Translations under genes and position numbers: made by a program | Notes under the pieces: model-generated | Database searches by the model: none | Seen by the model: only the letters and a program-made list of their open reading frames with translations | What the model was told of the DNA's origin: nothing | Source: Eledone cirrhosa | Lineage: Eukaryota | Reading direction: 5' to 3' | Length of the DNA stretch: 64,000 nt | Assembly: GCA_964016885.1 (NCBI GenBank) | Contig: OZ024746.1 | Coordinates: forward strand, 67,704,001 to 67,768,000 | Shown: positions 10,424 to 25,168 of the stretch, piece after piece | Numbering within the stretch: the stretch's first letter is position 1 | How the letters are laid out: each line of letters begins with the position of its first letter

Positions 10424-13400
10424 TACTGTGTATAGTAAATGAACTGATACTTCTTTCTTCCACGTTCATTGATAGATGTTTTTAAAAAGATTTATCGCTA
10501 TTTTTTGTTGTTGAATAAATTTATCTGTTGCCTTTGAATAATTGTTGTTTCGTAGGAAATGTAATCAGTTCTCTTTGTCATTGAAGTAAATAAATGTTTT
10601 ACCGTTCCACACTCAAAAACAAACGTTCTCTCTCTCTCTCTCTATGTTTAAGGGGAGTAGAGAGAGGTAATCTGATTATATTAGAGGAGTAAAGCGTCAT
10701 GTATTTGGTTTTATCGATTATTTCCGTAATTGTGGGTGAGTGTGAATGAAATAAATAGTCGTTGACCTAAGTTAGACCATTTACAACATTCTTATAGACT
10801 TTGAGTCGAATCGGTTTAAAATTGTGCAAATTTATAAGCGCGCGCTCTCTCTCTGCCTTTTATAGATAATGATATGTGTGTGTGTGTGTGTGTTTTATTC
10901 ATGATTATATATGCCTTTGGTGGAGTCCACTCTGTTGCAGGTAGCTTCCTGCCTTCCTCCTATCAGTCTCGGAAGTCATTAAGAAAAGTAATGGGAGCTC
11001 CCCTTCCTCTTTGCACTAAGTCATGTAAAGACTAATAATGTTAAATCTCACTACTAATATTCTGGTGAGTGGTGGTGTATGTTGTTGGGCAAGTTGTTAT
11101 AATATAATCTCATTGCTCTATGATGAACTCTTGTTGCAGTATTATTTGTTTTGTTAATCCAGTTGGATAATAGATATACCAAATATGGTTACTTTTGATG
11201 TGCACACCACTCCCAATATGATATATATAATCTAAAGATGTATTTATCTTGTTATTAACCAGGAAATTAACAAATATGAATAGAAACTGAAGGATGATGT
11301 TTGATATTAGTTATAGTTGTTTCTGCAATACCAGAGCTAGCAACAGTCAACCTATCAACGAAGCAAACAAACAATCAAAAGCCGGGTTGTAGTTTTTGTG
11401 ATTCGAAATGTTTATCAATATTTGAATATTTAACATTACTAACTATTATAGCCAGCAATATCCGAAATAAATCCTGTTGTTATAAGACATATATATCTCT
11501 GAATGTATTTGTATTCCATTTCGTGTTTTTTAGCAAATGATCTTCATTTTCTTATAACTGGTAGCTCAGCCAGCGTATATGTTCAATAACCGACAAACTT
11601 AATATGCAAATAATTCTGTTCGATAAAAAGCAGTTTTTGTTACTTATCATAAAATAGTTTTAGTTGTTAGTTTAATAATGTTGATACTGTTATTAATTGT
11701 TCAAAGGCAGACATAATTAATATAAATTGTACCAATCGATCCACATATCGTATAGAAGGGAATATAATTAAGACTAATGATCACTTCATGTTCTTGGAGA
11801 CTGAGTCTGCAAGTAATGTCTGTCTCAGTTTGGAAATTGGGAAAGGAATTAAAAAATCAGAACATGGAATAGCATGTTAAAATTCATATGAAAGACTATT
11901 TCTCGACACACACCAAAGCAAAAATCTGTATATCTTTACTAAAATAAATATTTATAGATATCGATATTTGCACAGAACTGCATAATAAGCTAAAAGTTTA
12001 GGTTTAGAATACAAAAACATTTGCATAATATTAGGAATCGGTTGACAAGACCGTGTAAGATCCAAATGACTGAGAGAAATAGTTAATGTATAACCAACAG
12101 ATTGTCACAATTGAGATGTCTTAGACACATCTATAGATGAAATAGTCCTGTTCGGGATGTAACTAGTTGGATATACCAAGCAGAAGAGATAGAGAGATCG
12201 ATAAGAATGAGTCAACGAGATCCATGTGAAAACATATGTGGTGACATAAGAAATAATGTCCAAAATTGGGGTATTTAGTGAAAATTCCTTAAAGCACTAT
12301 TCACCCAATGAATGCTAAGGAATTAAAAGAAAAGAAAGTTTCAGTAGTTTCTAGAGTGGCCGACACTTAATCATTGATAAAATGGGCTACGATCAGTGGC
12401 ACAGAATATTATATAGCTTCTATATGTTACATAGCTTCGTAAAGAAAATTCTCGTTAGATATTTGCATCTCAAAGAGGAATCCAAAGGAACAATTTGTTG
12501 TTAATCCTTGTTTAGAGATCAAGACAAATTGCAAAAGACATTTTATGGACTCTACTCCTGTTTGAATATTGGTATTCCAGTGTCAGGGTTGAGTATAACT
12601 TAGTTTCTATTTAGAAGATTTTATGGAAAAATGTTCCAGTCGAATATCAAATGTTGGTAAACAAGCAATAAAAAATAAACAAGTAAATAGATTTTTTTTT
12701 TTTTTAATCTATCAAGATGAGCCATTCATATGAATATGGTAAACATTTAATTACAGAAACAAATCGGACAATTATTCCATTTCCAGTCGAATGGAACATT
12801 CGTCTATTTGTAAACATCTCATAAAGAAAATGAAATAACAAAATATGAAAAGAAATCATATAAACTTGACTATTGTTGTTCATCGTCCATTTTACTACTG
12901 TGAGACTACAAAAAAATAAATTCAAACAAATTGAGAAAAAAACAATTGGGTTTATTTATTGACAGCTGACAAAATTTGTCAAAATCTAAATCAAAAACGA
13001 AAAAGCAAACAAATAAGAAATCTCTCTATTAGAACATTAATCCTATGTTTGTAATTTATTTTAAATATCAACTGGACGGGTTCATACGAACCAAGAGTAG
13101 GAAGGTTATGTCGTATATGAACTGAAACAAATATGTTCATTTTATTCAAGATATTCTGAGTGGGAGGGCTTCAAAAATGATATCCATTTTTTTTTTTCAA
13201 ATTTGTATTCTTATTGATTTTTTATTTTTATTATGTTAATATATTTTCTGTCATGTTTTCCATAAGAACATTTTTCAATATTTTATTTGTTTACGTTTGT
13301 CATGGTCGTATAATGGTTACATCAGTTTTTGATGTGCATAATATGATAGCATCTGGTATTAATTCAATCGACCAAAACCCATTGTTCATCTATGATATGT

Positions 13401-13584
13401 CTGACAATTATTGATCATATATGGTCACATTAATTATTGTAAAACAGGAGATCAGTGAAGGATGCTATGATTGGTAAAGAGAGCCTCGGACGAAATGTTG
13501 TACATTAGTTTCGTCTCTGTACATTCTGAGTTCAAACTCTGCTGAGGACAATATGGCCTTTCATTCTTCAGGGTTAATAATGAT

Positions 13585-13765
13585 TTCTCATATAGGCACA
13601 AGGCCATCAATTTGGGAGAATGGGAAAGTCAATTAAATCGACCCCAGTGCATTACTGGTGCTTTATTTTATCGACCCCGTAAGGATGAAATGGCAAAGCT
13701 AACCTCGGCGGGATTTGAACTCAGAAACGTAAAAGGCCATAACTATGTGCTGCAAAGCATGGTGT
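13585..13765 (-). mobile_element. Major tRNA-derived SINE
   Basis: Reverse complement of the core (tttatcgaccccgtaaggatgaaa) and of the B-box (ggatttgaactc). Confidence 0.85.
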
Positions 13766-16749
13766 CTTCAAGGTTAATAATGTACCATTTAAAGCTTGAT
13801 GTAATCGCCCTGTTCAACCTGCAACATTTTGTAGCTTTGTATCTATAATAAAAATGAAATATTCAAGTCCCTTTATATTCTTCGATTCAAATGCTACCGA
13901 GATCAAACTACATGTCATGTTTCCGGACTCAATACAATTTGCAGAAGTATTGGTAAGTGGTAGATATTTACCCGACTGCAACCCTCTACTAAAATGTATG
14001 ACCTTGAGTCTGTTAGCAAAATCAAATAGTTATTCTGTAGCTAAAGAGCGGAGGCTGATAGAATCGATAGTATTAAACAATGAAATACCGCTGGGACTAG
14101 TTTGCCCTACATCATTTCAAACATCAGGATAAAATACATCCTATTCCATAATTGTGGGGGAAGGGGCAAGGTTATTTTAACGTCGAGTCAACATGTAGTT
14201 TTCGGGTCGGATTCGTGTGATAAATCATTTACAATTCATAGAAACATGAGAGAATCTACCCTTATATTGCGTTGCTACTAGAGCTAATACCACAAATTGA
14301 TCTCGGTGGGATTTGAACGGCATTTTCTCCTGCGCTCTAAAGAATCTTTCAAATCACCTTACATACATGATTATATATGCGTACGGGAATGTGTGTGTGT
14401 GTATATATATAATGTCCGTGTGAGTGTGTGCATTTGTATGTTTATATAATATATCTGTATGTATGTATGTATGTGTGTGTGTACTATGTATTTAATCATG
14501 AATACATATAACGTATATAAGTTCAATATATAGTATTGTGTGTTAGTCGACAAACTGGCAATGTGCCATCCCTAACAGCGAATGACATTGATGAGAAAAT
14601 TATGGTCATCTGTAGATGGCCATCTTTTTTTGAACGGACGGAAATTACAATTCCCCTACATAGCCAACAGTGCTTGTTTTGCGTTTATTTATAGCTTTGA
14701 GGGGGTGTTTTTCTTCGTGATGAGTGGCGTGGATCGAGGTTAGATTGCTATCATGTTTCAAATCCTGATTGGTGTAGATGTCTTACAGATATCTTAAATC
14801 GTTACTATTTGCTCTTTCATGCTGGTTCAGACGCTTTGTTTGTAGCCATGGCCAGGTCGTTACAAAGTTCACTTCCATTTCTATTATATCCTCACGTGGC
14901 ACAAAGCCTTGTAAGTGGAATTGAGTAGACGGAAACTGTTTGGAAGCCCATCAGATTGACTGTACACGTATTTCAAAAGTCCGACCTTGTAATACTCTGT
15001 GTCGCGCTGATTTTCACATGGGTCTGTGAAATACTAAGCTATTAAAATAATAATTCTAGGATAAACTGTTCTGTTGATCGAACAATTAGAACACTAACCA
15101 TCAGATACTACCAGTATAATAATACCTTAATAATACTACTCGAACATCTCATCTTTTACATTCACTTTCTGCCTCAATATTAACCAGAAATTAACAAATA
15201 TAACAAATAGAAAACCAAAGTCCGTGGAAACTGGTGGTGGACTAAATTACCAGCTCTAAATTCATAGAGTTGATAAAATTAAAAAGTGGATATACTCTAG
15301 CATTTACATCAATTCTAACATTTCCAGAAAATTGCTTCATATAACGCTACCACATCAAAACTTATTCAAATTTGTGAAATATTATTAATGGTTTCTTATA
15401 TAGGCACAAGGCCAGTAAGATGTTAATAAATATAGTTCAGTTGCTGCTGTTATTGTTATCGCTGGTTAACCCCAGGTCTGTACTAATCGAGTTGATACAC
15501 CGAATCAATGTCATTCGAGAAATAATAATTAATCCATTTTTTCAGATATTGTATATCTATAACTATCTTATCATATGCATCTGCCTGTTCCTTAAGGTGA
15601 TAAGATGGGAAATTTAAGAAAGATTTTACTGTTATTTTTAATAGGTTAAGAGACTACTTAGTCATGTCCTACGTTGCTTCGAATATATATAGGATGTGAC
15701 GAACGACGTTAAGAATTATGTTTGACCACTAGTAAACCAATTGGTTTTAAAAGATTCACTTCAATTACATCACAGTTATTTTCTTAAGAGCCATGGAGAT
15801 AGCCTCAAAGCAGTTCACTCCGTCAGTTTATGAATGCCCATCAGTTTATGAATGGCCTTGTCATAAATAACCTTGAACTAAACTGAGATATCAATATAAG
15901 CTAGATTGCTCAGTGTTTCAAGATTGATAGATACTGTCTAATCGATAGTAACCCGAGTAACCTGATTTATTTATTTTTTTTATTTTCTTTGTTTTTATTT
16001 TCTCTTGTTTTTAAAAGGCAATTTATATCCAAAACGGTCCAAATAGTTCAGGAATATAAAGAGTCGGTTTTTTTTCTTTATTCTAAGATTTAGAATAGTG
16101 TTTCTAAAAGTTGATTATATTATTCTAGACGGCAAATAAGTTTATCTAATATTATCGAATGTTCAGAAATTTGATACGGTGTTAATTTACAGCTCAAGCT
16201 TTCTTTATCCATTTATAGATAAACAAAGCTAGTTGTAAATCAGTCCATTTCTGCAACCAAATTCAGAAACAAAGTAGAAGAAAACATATCGAGAACATCG
16301 AAGATCGATAATGAAGAAATTCATAAAGTAATGTAAAATAAAAAAAAAATAAAATTGAACATTTGTATGAGGTTAATATGTCGGAGTGGGATAAAAGAAC
16401 CATCGGAATCTAATTTATTCTCGACTACGATTTCATTTGAATCGAGTAATGAAAAAATATCTTGACGATTTCATTGCTATCAAAGTGCCTGTAATGGCCA
16501 TGAGAACAGTTTCGTCTTCCTGGACAAAGCAATAACGAAACAAGAACTAGGAGCGTAAAGGACTAGTCAACCTAGCTTGAAGATCAGTAATCCATATCAT
16601 TTTGCCGCCTTTGTCTTGAGTCGATTGTAAAAACGTGTAAAGCCCCCCCCCCCCCTCCCAAAGTCCCCGGAACACTTACACTGAAAAGAGAAATCGTAAA
16701 AAACATCTTTAATCCACGACTTCCTATTCACTATTATAATATGATACAA

Positions 16750-16935
16750 CGGTGGATTGGCAGTATCGGTAGAGGGTCGGGTACCATGCTTTGATGCATA
16801 GAGTTACGGCCCTTGCCATTCTGAGTTCAAATCCCGCCGAGGTTAACTTTGCCTTTCATCCTTACGGGGTCGATAAAATAAAGTACCAGTAATGCACTGG
16901 GGTAATTGCTGGCCTTGTGCCAAATGTAGAAACAA
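16750..16935 (+). mobile_element. Major tRNA-derived SINE, full length
   Basis: A-box tggcagtatcggtag, B-box gagttcaaatccc, core and acaatta tail. Flanking direct repeat attataatatga.aca. Confidence 0.92.
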
Positions 16936-18599
16936 TTATAATATGAAACACCGCTAAACAAACATTTTTTCTTCAATTTTTGTTTCCCTTTTGCTTCCTG
17001 TTTTGATAAATGGCCCTTGTTTGAAACGCCGATTTATCTTTCTCCACAGTAGGAAATACATTAAGTTGCACATTCCCTATTTACTTCTTTTTTTTTTTTT
17101 TTGTATCCTACTTGGCTATTATTTACTGAGATATCACTTTACTCCGCTGATGCAAACACACTGGATTACAGCCAGATTTTTTTAGTATATTTGTATTAGA
17201 AAGACGTCTAGCACATATAGGGAACAATTAAAGAATCCTGATAAGCCACAACACCGGTTTAGCAATTGTTACTACATGAGGCTGCAAAGTAACTGATTTT
17301 TTCCTTGTAATGTTACATATCTTGATAAAACGAAATTAAAAAAAGACACAAAATGACTTCGTTAATTAGATTTTTATTCAATAACTACTTTTACAATTCC
17401 CTTCATCTACTTCATCTGCTATCAGCATGGAAGCCACACACGCACACGCACACACAATACATATGTGAGTGTACATACATATATCTATACACACATACAT
17501 TATATATCTATACACACAAATACATGTAGTCATTATAGAATTACACATACACACACATTCATTATATATGTGTCTACTTATTTATGCATGATTTCAGTAC
17601 ACTAATATTATTTATCATTAACAGATAAGAACTTCAACAGTATAAAATATGAAATTACGGTCCAAAGATGGGAACATAGAGAAGAAAAAGATTAAGAATA
17701 CAAAATATCGTGTATTTCTTTAGTTGCTAAATATTTTAAGCTATCGAACTAGAATACTAGCAATGTATTTCTTAGTTTCAACATAGTTTATGTTATATTT
17801 TTATTTAACCGTATTATATTTATTATTATTATTTTTTTTTTTTTTTTTTTTTTTTTTAATGTAACTATTATCTTGGGAAATAAATACATTGGAAAATAAG
17901 TAAAATAATATAGAATAAAATAAAATTTTAAATAAAACCGCATCTGAAACAATACAATCCATTGATGCATTTATCAATATTTAAAAGGGTTAGTTAGGTT
18001 ATGAGAAAAAAGGTTTTGTCGGTGAGAGGAAAAAACAAGTCTCGGGAAATTGCAGAACAACTTATCTTGTGCTGGCAGAAACATCCTCATTCCCATACAC
18101 CTTTTACTACTCATTCTTGTCTTTGTTTTGTTTTGTTTTTGTTGTTTTTTTTTTCTTATTGTTTGTCTCTGAGTGTCATGCTGGTTGGCCATTGCAAGTA
18201 TTGTTAAAATTACAATAGATATTACCCGAATAGCTTTCGTTGTTGGTTATGATATCGCATGTCTGTTGCTTGAAAAACTGGTCAGGCGTACGGAATTGTA
18301 GTCAGTTTCTTTTGACGGTGTCAAATTCGTTGATGAATTAATTTTAAAGAGAATATTTTGCAAAATATGTCTTTAGTTAAAAAATGGTGGAGGGTCTGAG
18401 AGATATGTTCCAAGGAAGAAACTTCCAACTGGGCAGATGACTATGAAGAGAGATTTGAAATCCACTAGTCAGATGAGATATCGATTCCACAGTCGGGCTC
18501 GATCGTGACTGATTGTACCAAGAGTTGGTCAATAGCGAAACGCGCGACCTGTATAAATGAAATATGCATATGATGGTATTTTTTTTTTTTTTTTTAACT

Positions 18600-19620
18600 C
18601 ATTACTTCCAACAGAATTTCTGGAAACATTAATCCTCAATATTACTAACCCACTCGTCCAAATATGAATTCACATTATCGAATCGGGCTACCGTCCCATT
18701 CACGAAATTAGCTCGAAAAATACAAGATGCCTTCAACAGATGACTCCTCCCACATGTAGCATTCTAATTAGCTTTGATATCAAAGATTTTCATTCCATTC
18801 TGCGCTATACACTCTATACTTAAATACTCAACACTACTTTAAGAAACAAAACAAAAAGCTGATTAACACACTACCTAATAAGTCGTGATGCCTATGTTGT
18901 GTACAAGAACAAAAGTTCCTGCAATTTCACTTCTCTCCCTAACCCTTTCTAACTTATATTGACATGAACTTTTCACATATCCACAAAACATACAGACATC
19001 TTTATGCTTAAATGACAGCCTTCTACTATCCTCCAGATACTGCTACACAACTATTCCAGCCCTATTTATATTACCAAGAGACCTTACTCTACAACATGTC
19101 CTAGGGTAGTACCTACCAAATCCTGTCTCCTGTCTTACAAATAATGATTTTATTTGATTTCTATTTTAGGCACAGGTCTAGTAATTTGGGGGAGGGATAA
19201 GTCGATTAAATTGAAATTAGTAATTGACTGGTAGTTTATATTATCGAGCCCAGTAGGATGAAAGACAAAGTTAACCTCGGCAAGATTTGAACTTAGGAAA
19301 TAGAAATGGCCTCCTTCGCCCACTCGCGATACAAGCAGCCATGAACCGCTGCAGTAGAGACAAAGATGTCTAAGGTTTAGTCAACGAACCTAACATATTA
19401 AAGCTGAAAGGCTACCTGGATATGCAAGTGTCACATCTTTTTGCCGCAGAAGTCTCAAACCTCAGAGTACTTGCAACTACAGGAAAACCACATCTGAATT
19501 ATATAAATAAATATACAACATCACTCTCAAAATACTATCTCTTCTACTTAGAAAAACCCAAACCACAGAAATATTTCAACAACAATAGCTTCACTAGCCT
19601 CCAAATACTGTGCTGGTATT
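18600..19620 (+). pseudogene. Highly decayed non-LTR retrotransposon RT, interrupted by a SINE near 19160-19295
   Basis: Traces of GYRP, CSILISFDIKDF and TLSNLY appear in shifting frames. The clade cannot be determined. Confidence 0.4.
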
Positions 19621-21534
19621 TACAACAGTAAGTGCAGAGGAGCACTAGCTTGATTACTAGAATTTATAGATGGACAGAAATAGAGGGCATTAAAAGGAGA
19701 GAGGGGAGAGAAAACAACATATCCAAATTACCATTCTGTTCCCCATATATTATACCCCTGCTTGTTGGATTAGGTAGTATAGTCCTCAGGAAGAGACATA
19801 GCATAGCAGGGAGAATGGATCTATGATTCATGCCATATTTGGCCAACAATCTGCATGCTTCAGGACTGGCTGATCATAGTTGAGCTGGGTTTAAGCAACT
19901 ACACAACAGGTTCCACCACTACCAACTGTCATGAGAAAGACCTTTGCAACAATAACAACACTACTGACAGTGAGAACAGAAATGTCACGAGTAATAATGA
20001 CAATAACACCACCATCACCATCGCCACCCCAGCAGCATCAGTACTTCTATTGCCCAACCACCAACAACGCCTTTTCTACTATAGCTACCATTGTTATTAC
20101 CACTTCCAAGGCAAACAATGCATCTAGAACTCCAAATAACACTGCCAACCATATCATTTGAACATAACAGACTCATGGATGAAAATACAGCATGAAATAG
20201 AGCTAACTGCCTACAAATATTTATGGAAAATACACTTTGGTGCCTGATTTAATTTCTTTTTTAAAAGAATCAAGCTACATAAAGAAAAACAGTTCACAAC
20301 TAATGTGTGTTGAAAACTCCAAAGTGTTCAAAACTTGTCACTGGTGGGAGCCTAAAAGTGCTTGAGGGGATTATGGAATGACATATAGCATGTGAGAAAA
20401 GGAAGACATTACTGCACAATGACCAGGATTTTCTACAACAAAGATGGGTCAAAAACACCTCAACGATAATTTGCACTTCTGGTGGGTTTACCTTCTTCCC
20501 AACTTACATAGTGGCAGACAACAAAACTCACACTATTAGGTGTACCACCAGAACTGGACCTTGAAAAGCTGGTAATGGCATTCATGAGGCACAAAGCAGC
20601 CTACACTAAACTCACATTGGAAAAAAACTAAACAAGTGTTGCAGTTTGGGGTTATTCCCTGAATCCATTTGCTTAGAGAGGGGATTAATGTTAAAGAGCA
20701 GCTGGCCTAAATGTGGTAGTGTAAATCACATGAAGGGTTTCTCTCCTCCTTCCATCGCTCATAACTCTAAAAGATCAACTGTAGTAGTATTAACAGTACT
20801 AATAAATAGAAACATTAGATAATTTTAAAAGGACAGAATAATCGCAGCACAAATGTTTAGATCTTAGGGCTGCTCAATTACAGTTAACTTGGGAACCAAG
20901 CAACAATTACTACAGCCTCGACTACTCACAACAGCAACAACAAAATGAAGCAACTACATCAATACCTCATTAACAAAATAAAATTGGGTTCGTACCCATT
21001 CCTTCCAAACAACTAGATCAAGAAGCAGACACATACATAAACGGTTCTCTATCCCCATACCTCTTCTCTTCAAGCTACAAAAAGATGGCTGGCGTGTGTG
21101 TCATACGATCTAAGAAAAGAAACATTATTGTTAAAGACTGAAGGGTTGGTATACTGAAAATCAGGGAAGACAAATAAAAGACTCTTGGACCTGACAGCCA
21201 TCAACCCTCTTATAAAACAACACAGGCAACCACAGCAACACTGCCACCACCAACAACATAAACTGTCCAGGGAGTCTCTATGGAGTCACTCAACATGCTT
21301 GAAATATCTCTCAATTCCAAATCTGGGATGACACATTGGACAATATAGTCTTGGTGAGAACACCTTTAACTATAGGTCTGCTCGATCAGAGGTTGATATA
21401 GTGTTAAACAAAAATTTAAAAAACAACAAAAGAAACTACCACTACTACTACAGCAACATACACATCTCAACTTCAGAGCGGTCATTTTCAACTGAGTTGA
21501 TATTAATATATTAAAAAACGATACACACACACAC

Positions 21535-21543
<9 letters not shown>

Positions 21544-21612
<69 letters not shown>
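21544..21612. repeat. (GT)n microsatellite
   Basis: Perfect GT run. Confidence 0.98.
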
Positions 21613-21613
<1 letters not shown>

Positions 21614-21899
21614 TTTTTTTTTTATATATTATCAAGTCAGTTGAAAATACCCTTTATATATATATAAAGGCTCCATAGTTCTTAATGACCATGGTTTTGC
21701 ACCTAGAAAGTTTACCTTTGAGGCACAAACCTGGGCGCGGTTTGTTTGTGGAAAACCAGAAGTCGCACATTTGGGGTATTTGTAAGTCTGATATAATCTT
21801 CTTTCCTTTCATTTCTAGCTTTTGCAATTCTTTTTTAGCCCTGTAAGGAATTGCCTTACCTAGATACATTCTGTTTAAGTAAAGGTGTTTTGCTGCCAT

Positions 21900-22172
21900 A
21901 CCAATACTCTACTACCAGCCAAGCTATCCAACTACCATAAATGTATCTACTACTATGTTTGCCATATCATTTCTCTGGGTGTAATCTACATTGTCACTCG
22001 ACCTACCAATAAGAGTGGTCAAATGTTCCTCATATCATTAAGATATGAAGACATTTTTTACCATTTTAGTCAGAGAGAGAGATCAACACCAATGGTCCAT
22101 TTGTAGGGCCTCCAAGACTAGGGATGAATGAAAGAAAGTTATTTTCAAATGGGACACCTGGTCTGAATGTTT
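21900..22172 (+). pseudogene. Decayed PLE GIY-YIG endonuclease fragment
   Basis: SLGVIYIVT near the start and an ERKL.F..GT.PGLN-like end across frameshifts. Confidence 0.45.
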
Positions 22173-23865
22173 ACAATGAAGTGAACTCCACTAAAGTCAT
22201 CTAAGGAATAGGTGAAGATGTTAGCAGGGAGCACATACAACTGGAACATATATCACAAATCATCCCATTTGACACTCTAACAATTCTGTCAATCCATTGC
22301 CCTAGATTGTCACTTGTCATTTTGGGGATACATTGAATAATAACCTAGTCAGAGGTAGAAAATCTCTGGAAAGAAAAGACAGGGTAATTACAGCTGAAAT
22401 GCCTTTAAATCATAGGTCTGCTCAATAAGGATCGACCAGCGTCTAAATAACAATGTCATTGCTCTGAGTATTTGTACAGGTGTCTCAAATAAGTGAAATT
22501 CAGTTGACATATTTTCTTTATCTCAAAATAACTGCTGCCTTTTAGCAACTTATTTGAAAATTAATTACCTATTCCAGCTCTATTAAGCATGTCATATGTT
22601 TGGAAAATACACATTTTACAAAAAACAAAATTGGTTCTGCGAAAAATGAAATGCAACAGAAATCTTTTGCTCTATTGTACTTCAGTGCTGGTGACTGTAA
22701 TGTTTAATAATGTAAAATACATTCAATTATTGTTCATATGAAGACAAATAAATTTGTTTCGCCTTCATTTGTTTAAATTTTAGTTGATATTGGATGAAAT
22801 ATCTCCCCCAATTCCACAATGGAAGGAAACGTGTGTTTGCATACAAGAATTTCTTTGCAACTTCTTTGTAATTTCGCCTTTTGTCTTACTCATTTGCTTC
22901 ACTTAGACTGTTGCCGCTAGGTGGACGAGATTTATTTTTGTTGCAATAACATCCGGACTAGTTGTTTGACATTAGTTTTTCCGAAGTTGACCATTTATTT
23001 ATATTACTCTTGTTAATCCTGCAGCTATGACTAACATTCATTGTATTTTTATTGATTAAGTTATGAGTGACATAGGAAAGCTTTATATTTATTATAAGAA
23101 TGTTTCTATTTGTTTCAAAGGTCCTTGTTCATTTGTTTGTTTAAAGTCGTTATATTTCTTCTTACTGATCACTGTTTTGCCCTGTTTGCTCTAATCGAGT
23201 AAACATATGTTATATAAGTCGCTAGTCAACCAATAACTTCTACATATTCAATTCTATGACTATGTGAGGAACCACACTGTGCATTCTGAAATCTGTGAAT
23301 CACAGTGCAATGGTACCAGAAAGTCAAGCCAATAAGTGTACCGTTACACAGTTGCTTGTCAGTAACAGTCAGATTTCCTTTAAACCACACAATACAATCT
23401 TTATATATACACATATATATTTATATTGAGTTACAGCCTGATGGCTGAGCTCTTGTTTCGAAATGGCAAGGGTTAAGCTGTCAGGCAGTAACTCATTATA
23501 ATACCTAGACTCTAGTTTCTTAAGTATCAAGTACTTAGCTGAACAATGGTTTCACTAACAGATTAATTTTATTTAGTCAAATACAGCGCAAGCACATCTT
23601 ACTACCTAATATATATCATAGACACACACACAAACACATACTTACACACGTACACAAGTATAGCTCTTTTTACAAAACGTTTTTTTTTTTCAATTTCAGG
23701 TAGACGCGCTCCATCATCCACTTTTCTAAAAACCAAATCATACACAAAACGCCAACACCAACAGTTTTACAAGAGATATCAACATGAATGGACCTGTTAT
23801 TTTTATCTAAAGACATTTTTCCAATTCCATCCCGCCTGTCCCCTGAATCTATTTTATTTCTAATT

Positions 23866-23908
23866 CTTTCTTCTGATGAAGGACTAGTGTCAGAAACGTT
23901 AACACCCT
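23866..23908 (+). ncRNA. Degenerate minimal hammerhead motif in a PLE-type terminal repeat
   Basis: CTGATGA (23873-23879), gac-tagt-gtc stem II, GAAA and palindromic aacgtt; stem I pairs poorly. The same ctgatgaaggactagt occurs truncated at 1617-1632. Confidence 0.55.
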
Positions 23909-23950
23909 CTTCCTGCTATATCAAACGATTGTGTTGTTATTTCTGTTTAC

Positions 23951-23989
<39 letters not shown>

Positions 23990-24117
23990 AAAGTTTTATT
24001 TAAAATTGTTGGGTTACAACAAGTAAATATTTTATAACTGATATAAAGCACTCAACAAGTTTTGGAGTAGATATACGATATTAAACAAATGGAAACTATA
24101 TTTATAAAACCATATTT

Positions 24118-24181
24118 ATTTCATTATACATATTTCAGGGATACCATATTAAAAATATGGCATGCCTTCTTCAGATAAAAT
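24118..24181 (-). ncRNA. Type I hammerhead ribozyme, inverted copy of 26781-26844
   Basis: Reverse complement of 26781-26844. Confidence 0.8.
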
Positions 24182-24243
24182 ACAATATATAAGCAGTTTT
24201 ATAAATAAATTTGACGTACCATAAATATTGATCAAATACTATA

Positions 24244-25168
24244 GTGAACTCTGTTCAAGAACGTATCTCAAGAATTTCATCTAATAAAAATATTTTCGAC
24301 GAAAAAGCCCAGTATTACAATGAATCGTTAGCTAGAGCAGGATATAGTGATAAAATTAAGTACATCGATAATAATAGGCAAACTAACCAAAATAACAACA
24401 ATTTTAATTACGGTAACAACTTTAACAACTATAATAGAAAACATTACAATAATTCCAAAAGCCAGAAAAGAAATAGATCTAGAAATATAATATGGTTTGC
24501 CCCCCCCCCCCCCCTTCTCACTAAATATTAAAACCCACATTGCTAAACTATTTTTTAATGCTCTTGACAAACGCTTCCCTAGAACACATAAATATCACTC
24601 AATTTTTAATAGACATACTATAAAATTTACTTACTCGTCCACCAAAAATTTAGCACAAAATATTAACAGAATAAATAATAGGAATCTAAAACCTAGCCAA
24701 AATACCGATAATAGCCTAAACAATATTCAATTAAACAACTGTAACTGTAGAAATAAATCTAAATGTCCGTTAAATAACAATTGCTTAGTTAAAAATATAA
24801 TATACAATTGTAATGTTAAAACTAACTTAAATTCTTTTAACTATGTTGGTTCCACCTCGACAGAATTTAAACTTCGCTATAATAATCATAAGAATTCTTT
24901 CACAGATCCAAACAAAAAATCTTCAACTTCACTATCAGGCTTACTCTGGCAACTTAAACATGATAACGTTGGATATTCGATGTTTTGGAATATAGTCTCA
25001 AGAGGGATTCCTTCTAATTCATCATCTGAGACATGTGACCTCTGCGTGGAGGAGATATTCTTTATATTAAAATCTAAAAATTCCCTTAATTTAAGGAGCA
25101 ATTTATTCAGTTGCTGCAGACATAGATTGAACTCAACGTTTAAATATAAATATAAATTTAAAATGTAG
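24244..25168 (+). pseudogene. 5'-truncated Penelope-like ORF: thumb/linker, Cys motif and GIY-YIG endonuclease (Naiad-like); frameshift at the poly-C near 24500
   Basis: RISRISS...AGY, RNIIWF.PPFS, CNCRNKSKCPLNNNCL, NIIY...YVGSTSTEFKLRYNNH, CDLCVEE and CCRH. Confidence 0.88.

Noticed and set aside
11800-12240. Possible CR1/L2 C-terminal relic
   Set aside because: Only faint motif resemblance; too decayed to support a call.
16750-16835. tRNA gene suggested by A and B boxes
   Set aside because: No cloverleaf is evident. It is the head of a multi-copy SINE with TSDs.
24497-25168. Selenocysteine recoding, reported for some Naiad PLEs
   Set aside because: This fragment has no in-frame TGA at Cys positions, and no SECIS could be recognised.
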